DNA of 64,000 nt from Carpediemonas membranifera BICM (taxonomy: Eukaryota > Protista > Fornicata). The translations under genes and the position numbers were made by a program. The notes under the pieces were generated by a model. That model was not told where the DNA came from, did no database searches, and was given only the letters and a program-made list of their open reading frames with translations. Location: positions 289,647-353,646 of the forward strand of contig JAHDYR010000009.1 in NCBI GenBank assembly GCA_019828565.1, written 5' to 3'. This document shows, one piece after another, positions 23,398-34,546 of this stretch. The first letter of the stretch is position 1, and each line of letters starts with the position of its first letter.

Positions 23398-26085
23398 ATG
23401 GATCTGTACCGTGTTCACGGAGTTGTGACGAATGAGCTCCCATTCTCGTTCTTCAATCTCGGTACGGAGCCGTTTGTGACGGTTTCCACCGGTCGTTCTT
23501 TCTCCATCTACAAGGTAAGGCTTCTTTCTCTCATTCTTACCCAGATCTTTGATCAGAGCCTCCAGTTCGTTTCTCCTAGCCATGAGAAGCCCATCGAGAC
23601 ATTCCAGAGCTGCGGTAAGTTCGTCGTTACCTCTGTAGGCGCCACTCTCCGTGTATTCCACCGCACGACCCAGGTGAATGAACTATACCTGCCAAACTGC
23701 CCCAAGGTGAAGCATATGCTGGCTATAGGCGACCATGTACTCACTATAGACACCAACAACCGCTGCAGACTCCACTCTGTACCCGACCTCGAGCCTGCCA
23801 CCGACGATGACGCCGGGTTCCTCTTTACTGGCGACGTAACGAGCATCTCCCACCCCAACACCTTCGCCAATGAGGTCGTCGTGGGTATGGCCGACGGTAC
23901 AGTTGAGCGCTGGAACATGGTGACCGGCGCCATGCTCCACACGGTCAACTTCATTCCCCCGGGCCCCATTGCCGTCTCGTGCCTCGAGCAGTCTCCCTTC
24001 CCGCAGGTCTACGCCATCGGATTCACCTCTGGACACGTTGTTCTCGTCGACATTGTCGCCAACGGGACCATCGGCACTGTCCGACACGAGGGCGAGGGCG
24101 CCGTCCTCTCGGCGTCCTTCAGAGACGTCGGCACCACCCCAGTCTTCGCTACCTCCACCTCCACGGGCGCCCTGGCCGTCTGGGACCTCAGTGGACCTCG
24201 CCATGTCTACTCGCAGCCCGCCCCAGCAGACTCTGGCGCCATTCCCTCGATCCAGTTCATCAAGGGCGAGAGCATCCTTCTCACCTCCCACGCGGACAAC
24301 GCGTTGCGTCAGTGGGTGTTCGACGACTCCACATGCGCCCTAGTCCCCCTCAAGGAGCGGGCCGGCCATCGGGGCATCCCCTCATTGGTGCAGTTTTACG
24401 GTGCTGATGGTGCCGTTGTCGGCCAATCGCTGCACTTCCTGATCACGGGCGGCAGCGAGGGTGTGCTCAGGGCTACTAACACCATCCTCGAGACCCAGAA
24501 CGTGGAGTTCTCCCAGGGGCAGGGGCTGCTTAAGAAGGCCGTGGCTAGAGGCGTTGGCCGCGACGATGTCAAGCTACCCGCAGTTACAGCGGTAGACACC
24601 AGCAGACTGCACGAGCATCGTGTGCCCTCCGTAATCACAGCGCACCTCGGCCTCAACGCCGCCAGGCTCTGGTGGTTCGATCGCAAGGCCAAATCTGACA
24701 AAACCCTCCGCACATCCGACCGGAAGCCCGTCTCCGCCGTCTGCTTCACGGGAATGGGCGACTCGGCGCTTGTGGCCTCTGTCGGCGGGAGTGTGGACAT
24801 GTACAACGTCCAATCCGGCCGCCTCGTGGCGACTCTGCCTGGGTCAGTTCCAGTCGTCGCAGTCAGACCCGGAGTGGATAACCGCGCCGTTGTGGTAAGA
24901 ACGGATGGTACTGTCGAGGTCTACGCTTACTTCAGGAAGCTGGATCCGGTCGCCACTGTCAAGGCGGGCGGAGACGGTGTTACTGCAACCCACGCTGCCA
25001 CCCACGGCAACCTTGTCGCTGTTGTCACGGGAGACAGACAGGTTGTGGTCATTGATACCGTCCTCAAGGGTGTCGTCAGAAGATTCGAGATTTCTGCACC
25101 AGCATCCGATATTCACTTCGCTCCCCGTGGATCTCAGATTATTGTATCAGACATGGATGGCGGACTTACCACATTCGATCTCGCAGAATCTCGTGTGGTC
25201 ACTCAGATCCAGTTCAATATTCCTGTCACCTCTTTCGGCTTTATCAACAACGGGTACCTCGCCACCACCCATGTCGGCGAGCAGGGAGTCTTTGAGTGGG
25301 TCATCAGACGTGAATTTGTAAGAGATACGGAGGTCGTCAAATCTCCATACTTCATCGAGCTCCCAGTCCCGACCGTCGATGTCACCGACGACGACGATGA
25401 GGCCCGGCCCCGGTTTGACGGCGTCACTGCCGATCCTAGCATTCTGTGGGCCCGCCTCGCCTTTTATGACGAGATCAAACGGACTACGAAGACGAAGAAG
25501 GCCGCCACAGCCACCAGTGCGCAGCTCCCGTTCTACCTTGTCGCGAAGGAGAGCCTCTCTCGGGACGTCGAGTTCGACACGACTGATTTCGTCGAGGCTC
25601 TCGCAGCCGAGGAGCTCGCCTCTGAGCAGGCAATCGCTCAGGCCCACAGCAGACGTGTGGCCGCTCGTCTGGGCAGAGGGGAGTGGTGTGGTGCCGTTGT
25701 CCCGGTATTCCTGGCCAACGTCTACGCCGCACTCGACTCCGGCGACTTGGGTCCGGCGCTCCAGATTAGCAACCCGGCTGCCGTTATGGAGGCGATTGCC
25801 GCGTTATCTTGGGACGATTCTGTCGAGATCGGTGGCGATGAACTCTCCTCGGCCGAAGCAGTCGGCAAGTTCATCCTTGCGGCACTGGAGCTAGGCCAAT
25901 CCTTCGACTTCGTCCAGGGTCTGCTTCGCGTTTATCTGGCCCGACTGGGCGAGGAAGGCATGGTTGAGGCTGACCCGGACCTGATGTCACAACTGGCTGA
26001 CGCCCAGGCTGACCGGTGGGATGGGCTGCGGGACCAGGTGCAACGGTGCGGTGTCGGCCTGAGGTGGGCGATCGACTTGAACTGA
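23398..26085 (+). CDS. UTP21: U3 snoRNP WD40 protein UTP21/WDR36; probable in-frame 30-nt intron at 23515-23544
   Basis: N-terminal GVVTNELPF..FVTVSTGRSFSIY, DNALRQWVFD, ERAGH, SQG, C-terminal LPFYL and FDFVQGLL, plus WD repeats. GTAAGG...CCAG intron-like segment. Confidence 0.85.
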   Translation: MDLYRVHGVVTNELPFSFFNLGTEPFVTVSTGRSFSIYKVRLLSLILTQIFDQSLQFVSPSHEKPIETFQSCGKFVVTSVGATLRVFHRTTQVNELYLPNCPKVKHMLAIGDHVLTIDTNNRCRLHSVPDLEPATDDDAGFLFTGDVTSISHPNTFANEVVVGMADGTVERWNMVTGAMLHTVNFIPPGPIAVSCLEQSPFPQVYAIGFTSGHVVLVDIVANGTIGTVRHEGEGAVLSASFRDVGTTPVFATSTSTGALAVWDLSGPRHVYSQPAPADSGAIPSIQFIKGESILLTSHADNALRQWVFDDSTCALVPLKERAGHRGIPSLVQFYGADGAVVGQSLHFLITGGSEGVLRATNTILETQNVEFSQGQGLLKKAVARGVGRDDVKLPAVTAVDTSRLHEHRVPSVITAHLGLNAARLWWFDRKAKSDKTLRTSDRKPVSAVCFTGMGDSALVASVGGSVDMYNVQSGRLVATLPGSVPVVAVRPGVDNRAVVVRTDGTVEVYAYFRKLDPVATVKAGGDGVTATHAATHGNLVAVVTGDRQVVVIDTVLKGVVRRFEISAPASDIHFAPRGSQIIVSDMDGGLTTFDLAESRVVTQIQFNIPVTSFGFINNGYLATTHVGEQGVFEWVIRREFVRDTEVVKSPYFIELPVPTVDVTDDDDEARPRFDGVTADPSILWARLAFYDEIKRTTKTKKAATATSAQLPFYLVAKESLSRDVEFDTTDFVEALAAEELASEQAIAQAHSRRVAARLGRGEWCGAVVPVFLANVYAALDSGDLGPALQISNPAAVMEAIAALSWDDSVEIGGDELSSAEAVGKFILAALELGQSFDFVQGLLRVYLARLGEEGMVEADPDLMSQLADAQADRWDGLRDQVQRCGVGLRWAIDLN

Positions 26086-26416
26086 GTCACTGTAAATGAT
26101 GCGGATTGGTGCAGCTGGTGGAACCGTTTTCGCCGGATACGGGAGGGTGGAATATGAAACTGTGATTGAATAGTCAGCCAGAAGGCTCCCACTGGTCAGT
26201 CGACTGGGTGGTTACTGGGACTGTCTGGGACGGGGTCCAGCGGAAAATGTTGAGTTTAGCAAAAGGCAAGCGGCGAACCCCTCGCTGCAGCAACTGCCTA
26301 ACTAACCTCGCAGCCGCCTTGCTCACCGAAGGCAGCAGCAAGAGCCACTGGCAGACCTTATGTAAACACGGAAATTGATGTCGTCATTCCGTCGTCGGCT
26401 TCAATGATCTTCGAGA

Positions 26417-27469
26417 ATGAGTGCAGCGCCAAGACCCTCGCAGTGGTATTTCACCGTGCGCTCAAAGGGGTCTGCGTGTACTTCGTACCTTGAGGCCCTC
26501 ACGCAGTACTACATGCCTTCTCACATCGCCCTGTCGTCATCGATCAAAGATGAGATGGTCTCCTTCAGCGAGGCCAGCAAATACGCACTGATCGACGAAC
26601 TGCTCATGTTTGAGATCACGCGCGTTGATTCCCTTGAGCCTATGCGCTTCATCAACGCCTTTGTGAACTACAAGGCGATCCCAACTCACCTCAACGCTGT
26701 CCGCGCCACGTGCTTCTTCACTCTCGACGAGTCCCTTCTCATACTCCATGGAGACTCTCGCGTGGCCTCGTTTTCCGACTTTATGGTTACTGTCCCGGGT
26801 TTCGCTGCCGTGCTTCGTCGTGACATGGACGGAGCCGCACTAGCTGGCATGCTCGACCCCCGCCCCGTTCCTGCAGTCACCCGCCTCCCCCAGATGATGG
26901 AGAAGGAGCTGTCTAGGGGCAAATTCGTCCTGCACCGTACGATGGCCGACCACAACTTTACTTCGAAGATGGAGCATTTCTGCGACGGGAATAATGTGTC
27001 TGAGGATGCAGTGTTTACTGCAATCATTGCTGCTGTGCTGAAAGACATGTTCGAACTGCCCAGAGTGCCTATCAATGTCGTCGACGATGAGTCGATTGCC
27101 GAGCTCAGCCTCAGGCCGGGCCCAGTCAGCGTCGCTTCAATCACAGCGCTGAGCAGAACAGCGACCAAAATGCTCAAGGTGGAAAGGAAGCCCGCGACGA
27201 TTAGGATTGAGGTGGAATCTGGCACAGCTGCTGTCGTCCGCATGCTTGAGTCGACCAGGAGCAGGGCGCCAGTTACTGACGTGTACGCCGGTATCCTGGT
27301 CAGTGGAGCCATCAGTGCCACGTTGACGAGGGTCGATAACAACATTTATCTGTCCGTCGCGTCTGACGTGCTCAGTGAAGAGCAGGCCATGGCGCTGGCA
27401 AAGCTGACTATTGATAACGCCATGGGGGTGTTCCAAGGCAGTGTCGGGGACATTGAGGGTGCTTTGTAG
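26417..27469 (+). CDS. Hypothetical protein, weak resemblance to the CoA-dependent acyltransferase/condensation fold
   Basis: 350-aa ORF in the same orientation and codon style as its neighbours; FCDGNNVSEDAVFTAIIAAVL segment. Confidence 0.5.
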   Translation: MSAAPRPSQWYFTVRSKGSACTSYLEALTQYYMPSHIALSSSIKDEMVSFSEASKYALIDELLMFEITRVDSLEPMRFINAFVNYKAIPTHLNAVRATCFFTLDESLLILHGDSRVASFSDFMVTVPGFAAVLRRDMDGAALAGMLDPRPVPAVTRLPQMMEKELSRGKFVLHRTMADHNFTSKMEHFCDGNNVSEDAVFTAIIAAVLKDMFELPRVPINVVDDESIAELSLRPGPVSVASITALSRTATKMLKVERKPATIRIEVESGTAAVVRMLESTRSRAPVTDVYAGILVSGAISATLTRVDNNIYLSVASDVLSEEQAMALAKLTIDNAMGVFQGSVGDIEGAL

Positions 27470-27553
27470 GAGAAACCAATTGATTGATATTTGATTGATG
27501 TGCAGTTTGTCACGAGGCAGGTAACTTGTCAGTTCCTCCAGTTCTTCACCGTC

Positions 27554-27970
27554 ATGCCCGAGACTTCGTTGATCTTTGAGAAGTTTTCCATTGATTCTTC
27601 TATTGTCATATTTGAAGACGAGCTTGCTTTCTGCACGCTGTCATTCAAGCCCATCACTCCTGGCCACATCCTGGTAATCCCAAAGCGAATTGAGCAATAT
27701 TATGATAAGCTTTCTGCAGATGAGGTTCGCTCAATGGCAAAGCTCGTGACTAGATGCTCAGGCGCCCTTAAGCGAGCCTTAGGCTGCAAAGAAGTCACCT
27801 TTGGTTGCCAAGACGGCCCCCATGCGGGTCAAACTGTGAAGCACGTCCATATCCACGTTATCCCGGCCTACGACGGGGGTCTCATTGATGACGATGACCG
27901 AAAGCAGTGGTCTGTTGAGAAGATGGCGAAGATGGCCCGGCGCATCCAGGGCGTTGAGGTTGAGCCATGA
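27554..27970 (+). CDS. FHIT: HIT-family hydrolase (FHIT/Ap3A hydrolase-like)
   Basis: KPITPGHILVIPKR and the histidine triad QDGPHAGQTVKHVHIHVIP. Confidence 0.85.
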   Translation: MPETSLIFEKFSIDSSIVIFEDELAFCTLSFKPITPGHILVIPKRIEQYYDKLSADEVRSMAKLVTRCSGALKRALGCKEVTFGCQDGPHAGQTVKHVHIHVIPAYDGGLIDDDDRKQWSVEKMAKMARRIQGVEVEP

Positions 27971-28679
27971 AGCAATGGCGTTGGATGCTCCTTGTATTGT
28001 AGTTACGCATTTAAGGTTAGAGTCGGGTGGTGCCATATGTGCGCGGAGGCAGGCACGACCATGCCCAGTAGCGTCTAATCGGACTCTTGGCCATCTGATA
28101 AAAAAGTAAAACACTCTGTCAATGAATAAGCTCGCCAACAGGATGGACATTTAGTGGAGGGCCTTGGTCAGCTTATCCTTGCCTTGGGGTCCTGATATCT
28201 CCCCTGTGAGTTGGTCCAACACCTTGAACATGACCTTGTCCTTGCCGACCAGAATCTTTCGTCGCGACCATGGTTGTCGCATGTGAGGTAGGCGAGGAAG
28301 GCGTTGGACGCTGGTTACGTCCACCCCGAGGAGAGTGGTGGCTGCGGCCATTGACTTGACAACGGACAGGTCGACCCCCCCCCGGTCCTTGGCCTTCGCA
28401 GTTGCTTCTGTCCTCTGGTCTACGAGTGTTCCCGATCAGGCGGGCTGTTTTCTTGACCTTGGCCTTCTGCCAGCCCGCGCCGTGCCGCGCTAGGTCGACC
28501 TCTGCCCCCGATTTCCTTATCAGGTCGCTCTTGAGACACTACTGGCGGGCATCGAGCCACTCCTCATGCGTACAGTGACGGCTCGGGACTCTGGTTCCGG
28601 CTCATCGATCTCGGTGTCCTCGTTGTTGACGTAAAACACAGCGGCCTCTTCTCTGTGCAGCAGGTCTTGTATGGAGACT

Positions 28680-28799
28680 GTCGCCCCGAGCTCCGGCTCG
28701 GGTGACTATGGTGCGAGCAACTGGTGAGTCTATCGCCTCAGGGGACATGACTGCCGCCGGATGCACCATAGTCACGCCCGAACCGGAGCTCGGGGCGAC
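28680..28799. repeat. ~35-bp inverted repeat with a ~48-bp spacer
   Basis: gtcgccccgagctccggctcgg--gtgactatggtgc (28680-28714) pairs with gcaccatagtcacgcccgaaccggagctcggggcgac (28763-28799), with one mismatch and a 2-nt bulge. Confidence 0.9.
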
Positions 28800-28838
28800 C
28801 GTTGCCATAACCTGCGCGACTCGCCCAGATGAAAAGCC

Positions 28839-30242
28839 ATGAGAAAGAGTGCAAAACAGCGCAAGGCTGAGCTTAAGCAAGCCAGACAGAAGAAGCAAGA
28901 GCTAGATACCGAGGATCCGTACAAGGACATCCGTGTAACGGAAACAGGACAAACAGTGCGCCGTGTTCACACAATCAAGGCCAATGAGCGCGCATTCATG
29001 CGTTTCATCCCCGAGGAGGCATTTGAAGTCGATGCCCGCAAGACGGAAGGCACTGAGGTCCCCTTCTCCCCCTCACCGTCTTCCTCCATCGTCCGCATGT
29101 ACCTAGACCGTGAGCACACGCCAGCCATCCCCTCCCGCCCCAACTGGTCCTGCGACATGACCAAGGAGGAGCTCGTGAAGAACGAGACTGACTACTTCCG
29201 CCGCTGGCTGCATCAGTTTGGTGTTTACGAGGAGGGCCAGGAGATCGACTACGACGCCCAGCCAGCCCTGCCAGCAGCCGAGTTTAACTTCTTTGAGACC
29301 AACCTCGAGGTGTGGCGCCAGCTGTGGCGGACGGTGGAGCGGGCCGACGTCGTTGTCATCATCGTCGACGCCAGATTCCCTATCGCCCAGCTCCCTCGGA
29401 ACCTGTACACATATGTATGCGAGGATATCAACAAGCCTGCTATATGCATCCTGAACAAGGCAGATCTGATCGAGCCCAAGTACTTCAAGGAATGGGTTCG
29501 TGTCCTCAAGCAACTCTACCCCAACCTGCTTGAAGTCATCCCCTTCAACGCTTTCGACGTGGTCGACGGCCGTAAGCAGGCCACATACGAAGACGGCGAA
29601 GAGCTCCTCCATACGATCATTGAAATCGCCCAATCGTACCATATACAGCCGAACCCGCTCAAGAAGAAGGACGGCGAGCCTGCAGAGCTCGAGTTCGGCT
29701 TCGTGGGCCACCCTAGCGTGGGCAAAAGCTCGGTTATGAATTCTGTGCTTGGTTCTAAGAAGGTCAGCGTCAAGCGGACACCGGGTCACACCAAGCACTT
29801 CCAGACCCACCATATTGTCAATAGAGGGGATAAGGTGGTGGTTTGTGACTGTCCAGGTCTGGTCATCCCTGTCCACGGAATGCCCAGAGCACTGCAGGTC
29901 ATTACTGGTGTGTATCCACTGGGGAGGGTCCGAGAGTTTTATAGCAGCATCAGGCTGGCTGTGGAGCTTGTCCTCGGCAGCTGGGCAGAGCTACGAGAGG
30001 GATTCTTGGCTAACCTGACCCGGTTGGCCGGTGCGGAGTTCAGCAAGTTGTTTGCCGAGCAGGCAGACAGTGGAGAGTTCACTATCACTCCGTATGATCT
30101 TATTGCTGCTGTGGCGGAGCAGAAGGGCATGATGACCAAGGGCGGTCGGCCCGACGTCCACCGGGCAGGCAGAATCGTGCTCCAGGAGGTCGTGGACGGC
30201 AATATTTATGTGTTTATCAGACCGGAATGGGTGGCTCAGTAA
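28839..30242 (+). CDS. GNL1: Circularly permuted GTPase of the GNL1/Lsg1 family
   Basis: FFETNLEVWRQLWR, DARFP, G4 NKAD preceding G1 GHPSVGKSS, TPGHTKHFQT, G3 DCPG, and PDVHRAGRIVL. Confidence 0.85.
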   Translation: MRKSAKQRKAELKQARQKKQELDTEDPYKDIRVTETGQTVRRVHTIKANERAFMRFIPEEAFEVDARKTEGTEVPFSPSPSSSIVRMYLDREHTPAIPSRPNWSCDMTKEELVKNETDYFRRWLHQFGVYEEGQEIDYDAQPALPAAEFNFFETNLEVWRQLWRTVERADVVVIIVDARFPIAQLPRNLYTYVCEDINKPAICILNKADLIEPKYFKEWVRVLKQLYPNLLEVIPFNAFDVVDGRKQATYEDGEELLHTIIEIAQSYHIQPNPLKKKDGEPAELEFGFVGHPSVGKSSVMNSVLGSKKVSVKRTPGHTKHFQTHHIVNRGDKVVVCDCPGLVIPVHGMPRALQVITGVYPLGRVREFYSSIRLAVELVLGSWAELREGFLANLTRLAGAEFSKLFAEQADSGEFTITPYDLIAAVAEQKGMMTKGGRPDVHRAGRIVLQEVVDGNIYVFIRPEWVAQ

Positions 30243-30463
30243 ATGCTCCGACAGATCATCAGTTGAGTGGCCTTGGCAAGTTGTTTTCTCCATGATTCCA
30301 TCACCATCGAGCTGACGTCATTGCAAGGTTGGAGTTTTTTGGATTTATTAAATTCGGTCGGGTCGACCGAATGCAGTAGTGCAGGCTGTCTGCGCCGTCT
30401 TGCGGGGGCAGCACGACCCAAGTTCAGTTTGCAGTTTAAGGTTTTTGCTTCGTTTTTGCGCTG

Positions 30464-31332
30464 ATGACTGGAAGAGCGTCAATGCGGCTCCAAGTATATA
30501 TTGATGGGGAGTATAGCTACATCTCGGAAGTAGAGAACCTGAATATGACTGTTAAGGCGTTTATCAAGCAAATTGAGAACGAAATGAGCACCATCTTTGA
30601 CGACTCGATCCCCGTGAAGATTGCAGCGTTACAGACGCAAGAGGTTAGTTCATCAACATCACTGTTACACAGAGGTGCGATGTGAATCCCAATTATCCCG
30701 TATCCGCAGTCTTTAAGGACAACGACTTTGTCTTCATTCTCCGAGCCCTGACGAGGACCGTAGACGACCGTGTCGAGCCCATTATCCTAGAAATACCCGA
30801 GCGCACCACAGCAATGCACGTCAGCGAGCTCTCTCAGATGGATACGCTCGACGGCGACCAATCCCTGCGCCTCATCTCTGACGACATGTCCCCAAAGGCC
30901 TCCCAGCCCGTCCCTGTCCAGCCCCTGGTACCTAAGCCAGCCCCTCCCCTCCCCGCACAGTCGGATCGTGCCCCGCCCTGCCAGCCCTACTGCGAGCTGA
31001 CGGCCTTTGGTCGAGGCACCGACCCATGTCCCAAATGCGGGGAGATGCGGCCCTACCTTCCCATCGAGGGCCAGTATTGCACCGAACTCTGCGTCATTCG
31101 CGCCAAGCAGGGCACCGGCTATGTCCGTAAGATGAAGTCGCAGGGTCTCGACTTCTGTAGCATCTGTATCTCCCGGTACCGCCACAGGAAGTACACGGCG
31201 AGACAGCAGCACCAGTGCGCTGAGTGCCACAGGCCTTGGCTTATCCTCAACGAAGCCGGACTTTGCAGGACGTGCCACGTCAAGCTCGCCGGGCGGCCGA
31301 GCGCGAGGAAGAGAAAGAACGACGGCTATTGA
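30464..31332 (+). CDS. Protein with an N-terminal ubiquitin-like (Net1/Cdc14-binding-like) domain and a Cys-rich C-terminus; intron 30644-30672
   Basis: A 29-nt GTTAGT..CACAG intron joins two ORFs to give IAALQTQERCDVNPNYPVSAVFKDND; several CxxC pairs follow. Confidence 0.6.
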
Positions 31333-31424
31333 GCTGCACGCCGAACTGCTACTACTACTGTACATAAACTGCCGCAAAGCGGTTGAGCGATTGACTCGGC
31401 GCAGTTTTAGACCGATCGCGAGCA

Positions 31425-32246
31425 ATGGCGCAAAGTGAAACCGTCGTGGAAATTGCGCCGAATGATGAACAAGCATCAGTTAATACTGAAGATAATATCA
31501 AAGAAGAGTCTGCAGCCGCGCCACGCCAAAATTCAGCCGACAACACCAGTGAGGAGCACGCACAGCCCGCTGAAGCGCCAGAAATGGATATGAGTGATGA
31601 TTGGATCAATATTAGCTATGGAGCAGCGGATAAGGAAACGCACAAGTTCGTAGCGAAGCCTGGGGTCATTGTCCGCAACCGACACAGCCCCAAACGGGAC
31701 GAACAGGCCTACGAAACCGCCATTGAGTACCTCACGGCACTATCAACATCAATGCACTTCGCCTCATTCGACGAATTCTTGAAATCCATGCAGATTCCCG
31801 ACGAAGTGAATCGCTTCCGAATGGTCGAGCTAAAGGGGGAGATCATCAAGCAGCTGATCATAATCAACCTGGCTGTGTACGGCGTCAGGTTCAGACTCAG
31901 CCTGACTAAGCCAAACAAGCTCAAGGCGACCAAGTCTGAGCTGATTGACATTATTGTCTATCTCACAAAATTCTTCGTTAACCCGACCTCGGTAGGCCAT
32001 TTGCCCAGTATACACCTTTGCGACGAGACTTTCTGTGACCTTGACGGGAATTATCCAGTCTCTCCGCAGTTTAACGGGGCTGGGTACATCAGAAAGTTTA
32101 TTAGAAATGGCAAGTCGCTGGATAATCCCGAGCGACAGAGGTTGCAGTTTTATATGCGCAACGACGCTCTCCCGTTTTTCAACTTTGCCATGGAAATGGA
32201 CGAGCACCACAGCCAAGACTACTGGAACTACAAGCGCTGGTGTTGA
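31425..32246 (+). CDS. Hypothetical protein
   Basis: 273-aa ATG-initiated ORF filling the space between genes; no recognisable motif. Confidence 0.55.
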   Translation: MAQSETVVEIAPNDEQASVNTEDNIKEESAAAPRQNSADNTSEEHAQPAEAPEMDMSDDWINISYGAADKETHKFVAKPGVIVRNRHSPKRDEQAYETAIEYLTALSTSMHFASFDEFLKSMQIPDEVNRFRMVELKGEIIKQLIIINLAVYGVRFRLSLTKPNKLKATKSELIDIIVYLTKFFVNPTSVGHLPSIHLCDETFCDLDGNYPVSPQFNGAGYIRKFIRNGKSLDNPERQRLQFYMRNDALPFFNFAMEMDEHHSQDYWNYKRWC

Positions 32247-32491
32247 GCAGAGCTGGCACGGGCAAGGTCATTGAGACTGCAAATGCTCCGATTTACCTAT
32301 GTAGCACATCACATAAATTTATGGATCGTTGTTAGTTGGACGAAAGCAATGGGTAGTCCGCAGGTCCTCCGCAAGGCGAGTAGGCTGAGCCCGCACATTA
32401 ATGGGCTGCTGAATCCCTCCTGCATCGCGCACGAGCCTAGAGGGCCACTCGGACCAGGTCTGGATGATTTACGTTTACATAAACGGCAGAG

Positions 32492-34546
32492 ATGCAGAAA
32501 AAAAAGAATCTAGCATTCGACGACCCGATGGCGGACGAATATGCCTTCTCGTTTGCAGAAGTGCATTCCATCGGCAACCAATCGATCATTTCAACGTTAT
32601 TTTCCGTCATCAGCTGGAAGCGGCTCTTCTGCTGCTGCGGCTCGTGCGGTAACAGGGCCCAGTTCAGCTACGTGACCTCCGATCAATCTACACGAGCCAA
32701 GAGAGAAGAACATCGCAATGCTCAGAAGAACCATGGCCGTTTCATCTCCCTACTTCAGTTGGCGAACCGTGACCTCTGGCTGATCACGCTCGGCACGCTC
32801 TTCGTCATTTTCGGCGCTGCTTTTGACACAGCCAGCACAGTTTTTCTTGGCAGCACGCTCGACGTGTTGTACTCGTACAGCGCGTCGAAGTCTGTCCAGC
32901 TTGAGGAGTTCATCGACCTGCTTCCGTACTTTGTGATCTTCTTCTTCATTTACGTCTTCGAATCCGTGATGAGCTTCTTCAACACAGTCTGCTTTGGCCT
33001 AGCAGCGCGGCGTATGATCACCCGCACCCGCATCCGGCTTCTTTCGTGGATGATGATCCAGGACATCTCGTTCTTCGACAAGAACAGCACCGGCCACCTC
33101 ATCTCCCGCCTCAATGTGGACGTGACGAAGCTCAACACCATCGCCACTGCCGCTGCTTCGCTCCTCTCCGCCCTATTCCGCATTATCGTCGGCATCGTCG
33201 TGATGATGGGCATCTCCTGGCCACTCACACTCCTCTCCATCGCTCTGGTGCCCCTGTCCGTGCTCATCTCCCTCATATATGGCCGCGTCATCCGCTCACT
33301 CAGCAAGAAGATCGTGGACGGACTTGCAGACTCTAGTAACGCGGCGACGTCCTGTCTCCAAAACGTTCGTACCATCAGGGCGTACGGCCAGGAGCAGACG
33401 CAGACGTCGAAGTACAACCGGCACATCAAGCGCGTCTACCACCGCGGCCGCCTCCTCACGTTCCTTGGCGCCGGCTTTAGCTCTGTGACGATCTTTATCG
33501 GCGGGCTGACGACTATCTCTCTCATCTTCGCTGGGTCTCTGCTCATCAAGTACTGGGACTACTACCGCCCCTTCGGCCTCTACATCATGACTGAGCTCAC
33601 CGTCGGCCGCCTTATTTCATTCCTCAACACGGCACAGACGGTCGAGGGCGCCATGAGCTCACTCTCGTCGGTCTACACGACGCTGATGGAGGCGTACGGC
33701 GGCACACACAGGCTCATCGACATCCTCAACCAGAAGCCCACACTCCTTGTCGCCGGAAAGGGCGGCGGTACCTTCCAGGAGGCCGCTGCTATACAGCCGA
33801 CGATCCAGCTGGCCAACGTCCACTTCTCGTACCCCACCGCACCCGACCGGAAGATCCTACACGGCGTCAATCTCAAGATCACCCCGGGACAGTCTGTCGC
33901 CCTCGTCGGCTCCTCTGGCAGCGGCAAGTCGACCATCTTCCAGCTCCTGCTCAACTACTACAAGCCAGTAGACGGCAAGGTGCTTGTCGCGGGTGCGGAC
34001 GTCTCCCAGGTCGACCCGGCTCACCTCCGATCCCTCATTGCATACGTCCCCCAGGACCCTGTGCTGTTTGAGGGGACGATCCGGGACAACATCCTCTTCG
34101 GACAGGCCCCGGGACACTACTACACACAGACGGACATCCAACGCGCCGCTCAGGACGCGTTCGCCCACGACTTCATCATGAGCCTGCCCAACCAGTATGA
34201 GAGCCGCGTCGGCGAGCGCGGAGCCAACCTGAGTGGCGGCCAGAAGCAGCGGATCGCCATCGCCCGTGCCTTTCTCCGGCAGCCGAAGATCCTGATGCTG
34301 GACGAGGCTACATCCGCCCTCGACACTCATTCAGAGGTTCTGGTGCAGAGGGCAATCGACCGGTTCATCTCCCAGGGCAAGAGCACCGTCCTCGTCATCG
34401 CCCACAGGCTGTCAACCGTGGCCAAGGCAGACGTCATCGTAGTGATGGACCGCGGCGACATTGTCGAGCAGGGAACCCACGACGAGCTCGTGGCCAAGGG
34501 CACCGTGTACGCCAGGCTCGTGCACGGGCAGCAGGTTAAGGGGTAG
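32492..34546 (+). CDS. ABCB-family half transporter (TMD-NBD; TAP/ABCB10-like)
   Basis: QDISFFD..TGHLISRL, Walker A GSSGSGKST, LSGGQKQRIAIARA, Walker B LMLDEATSALD and IAHRLST. Confidence 0.93.
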   Translation: MQKKKNLAFDDPMADEYAFSFAEVHSIGNQSIISTLFSVISWKRLFCCCGSCGNRAQFSYVTSDQSTRAKREEHRNAQKNHGRFISLLQLANRDLWLITLGTLFVIFGAAFDTASTVFLGSTLDVLYSYSASKSVQLEEFIDLLPYFVIFFFIYVFESVMSFFNTVCFGLAARRMITRTRIRLLSWMMIQDISFFDKNSTGHLISRLNVDVTKLNTIATAAASLLSALFRIIVGIVVMMGISWPLTLLSIALVPLSVLISLIYGRVIRSLSKKIVDGLADSSNAATSCLQNVRTIRAYGQEQTQTSKYNRHIKRVYHRGRLLTFLGAGFSSVTIFIGGLTTISLIFAGSLLIKYWDYYRPFGLYIMTELTVGRLISFLNTAQTVEGAMSSLSSVYTTLMEAYGGTHRLIDILNQKPTLLVAGKGGGTFQEAAAIQPTIQLANVHFSYPTAPDRKILHGVNLKITPGQSVALVGSSGSGKSTIFQLLLNYYKPVDGKVLVAGADVSQVDPAHLRSLIAYVPQDPVLFEGTIRDNILFGQAPGHYYTQTDIQRAAQDAFAHDFIMSLPNQYESRVGERGANLSGGQKQRIAIARAFLRQPKILMLDEATSALDTHSEVLVQRAIDRFISQGKSTVLVIAHRLSTVAKADVIVVMDRGDIVEQGTHDELVAKGTVYARLVHGQQVKG

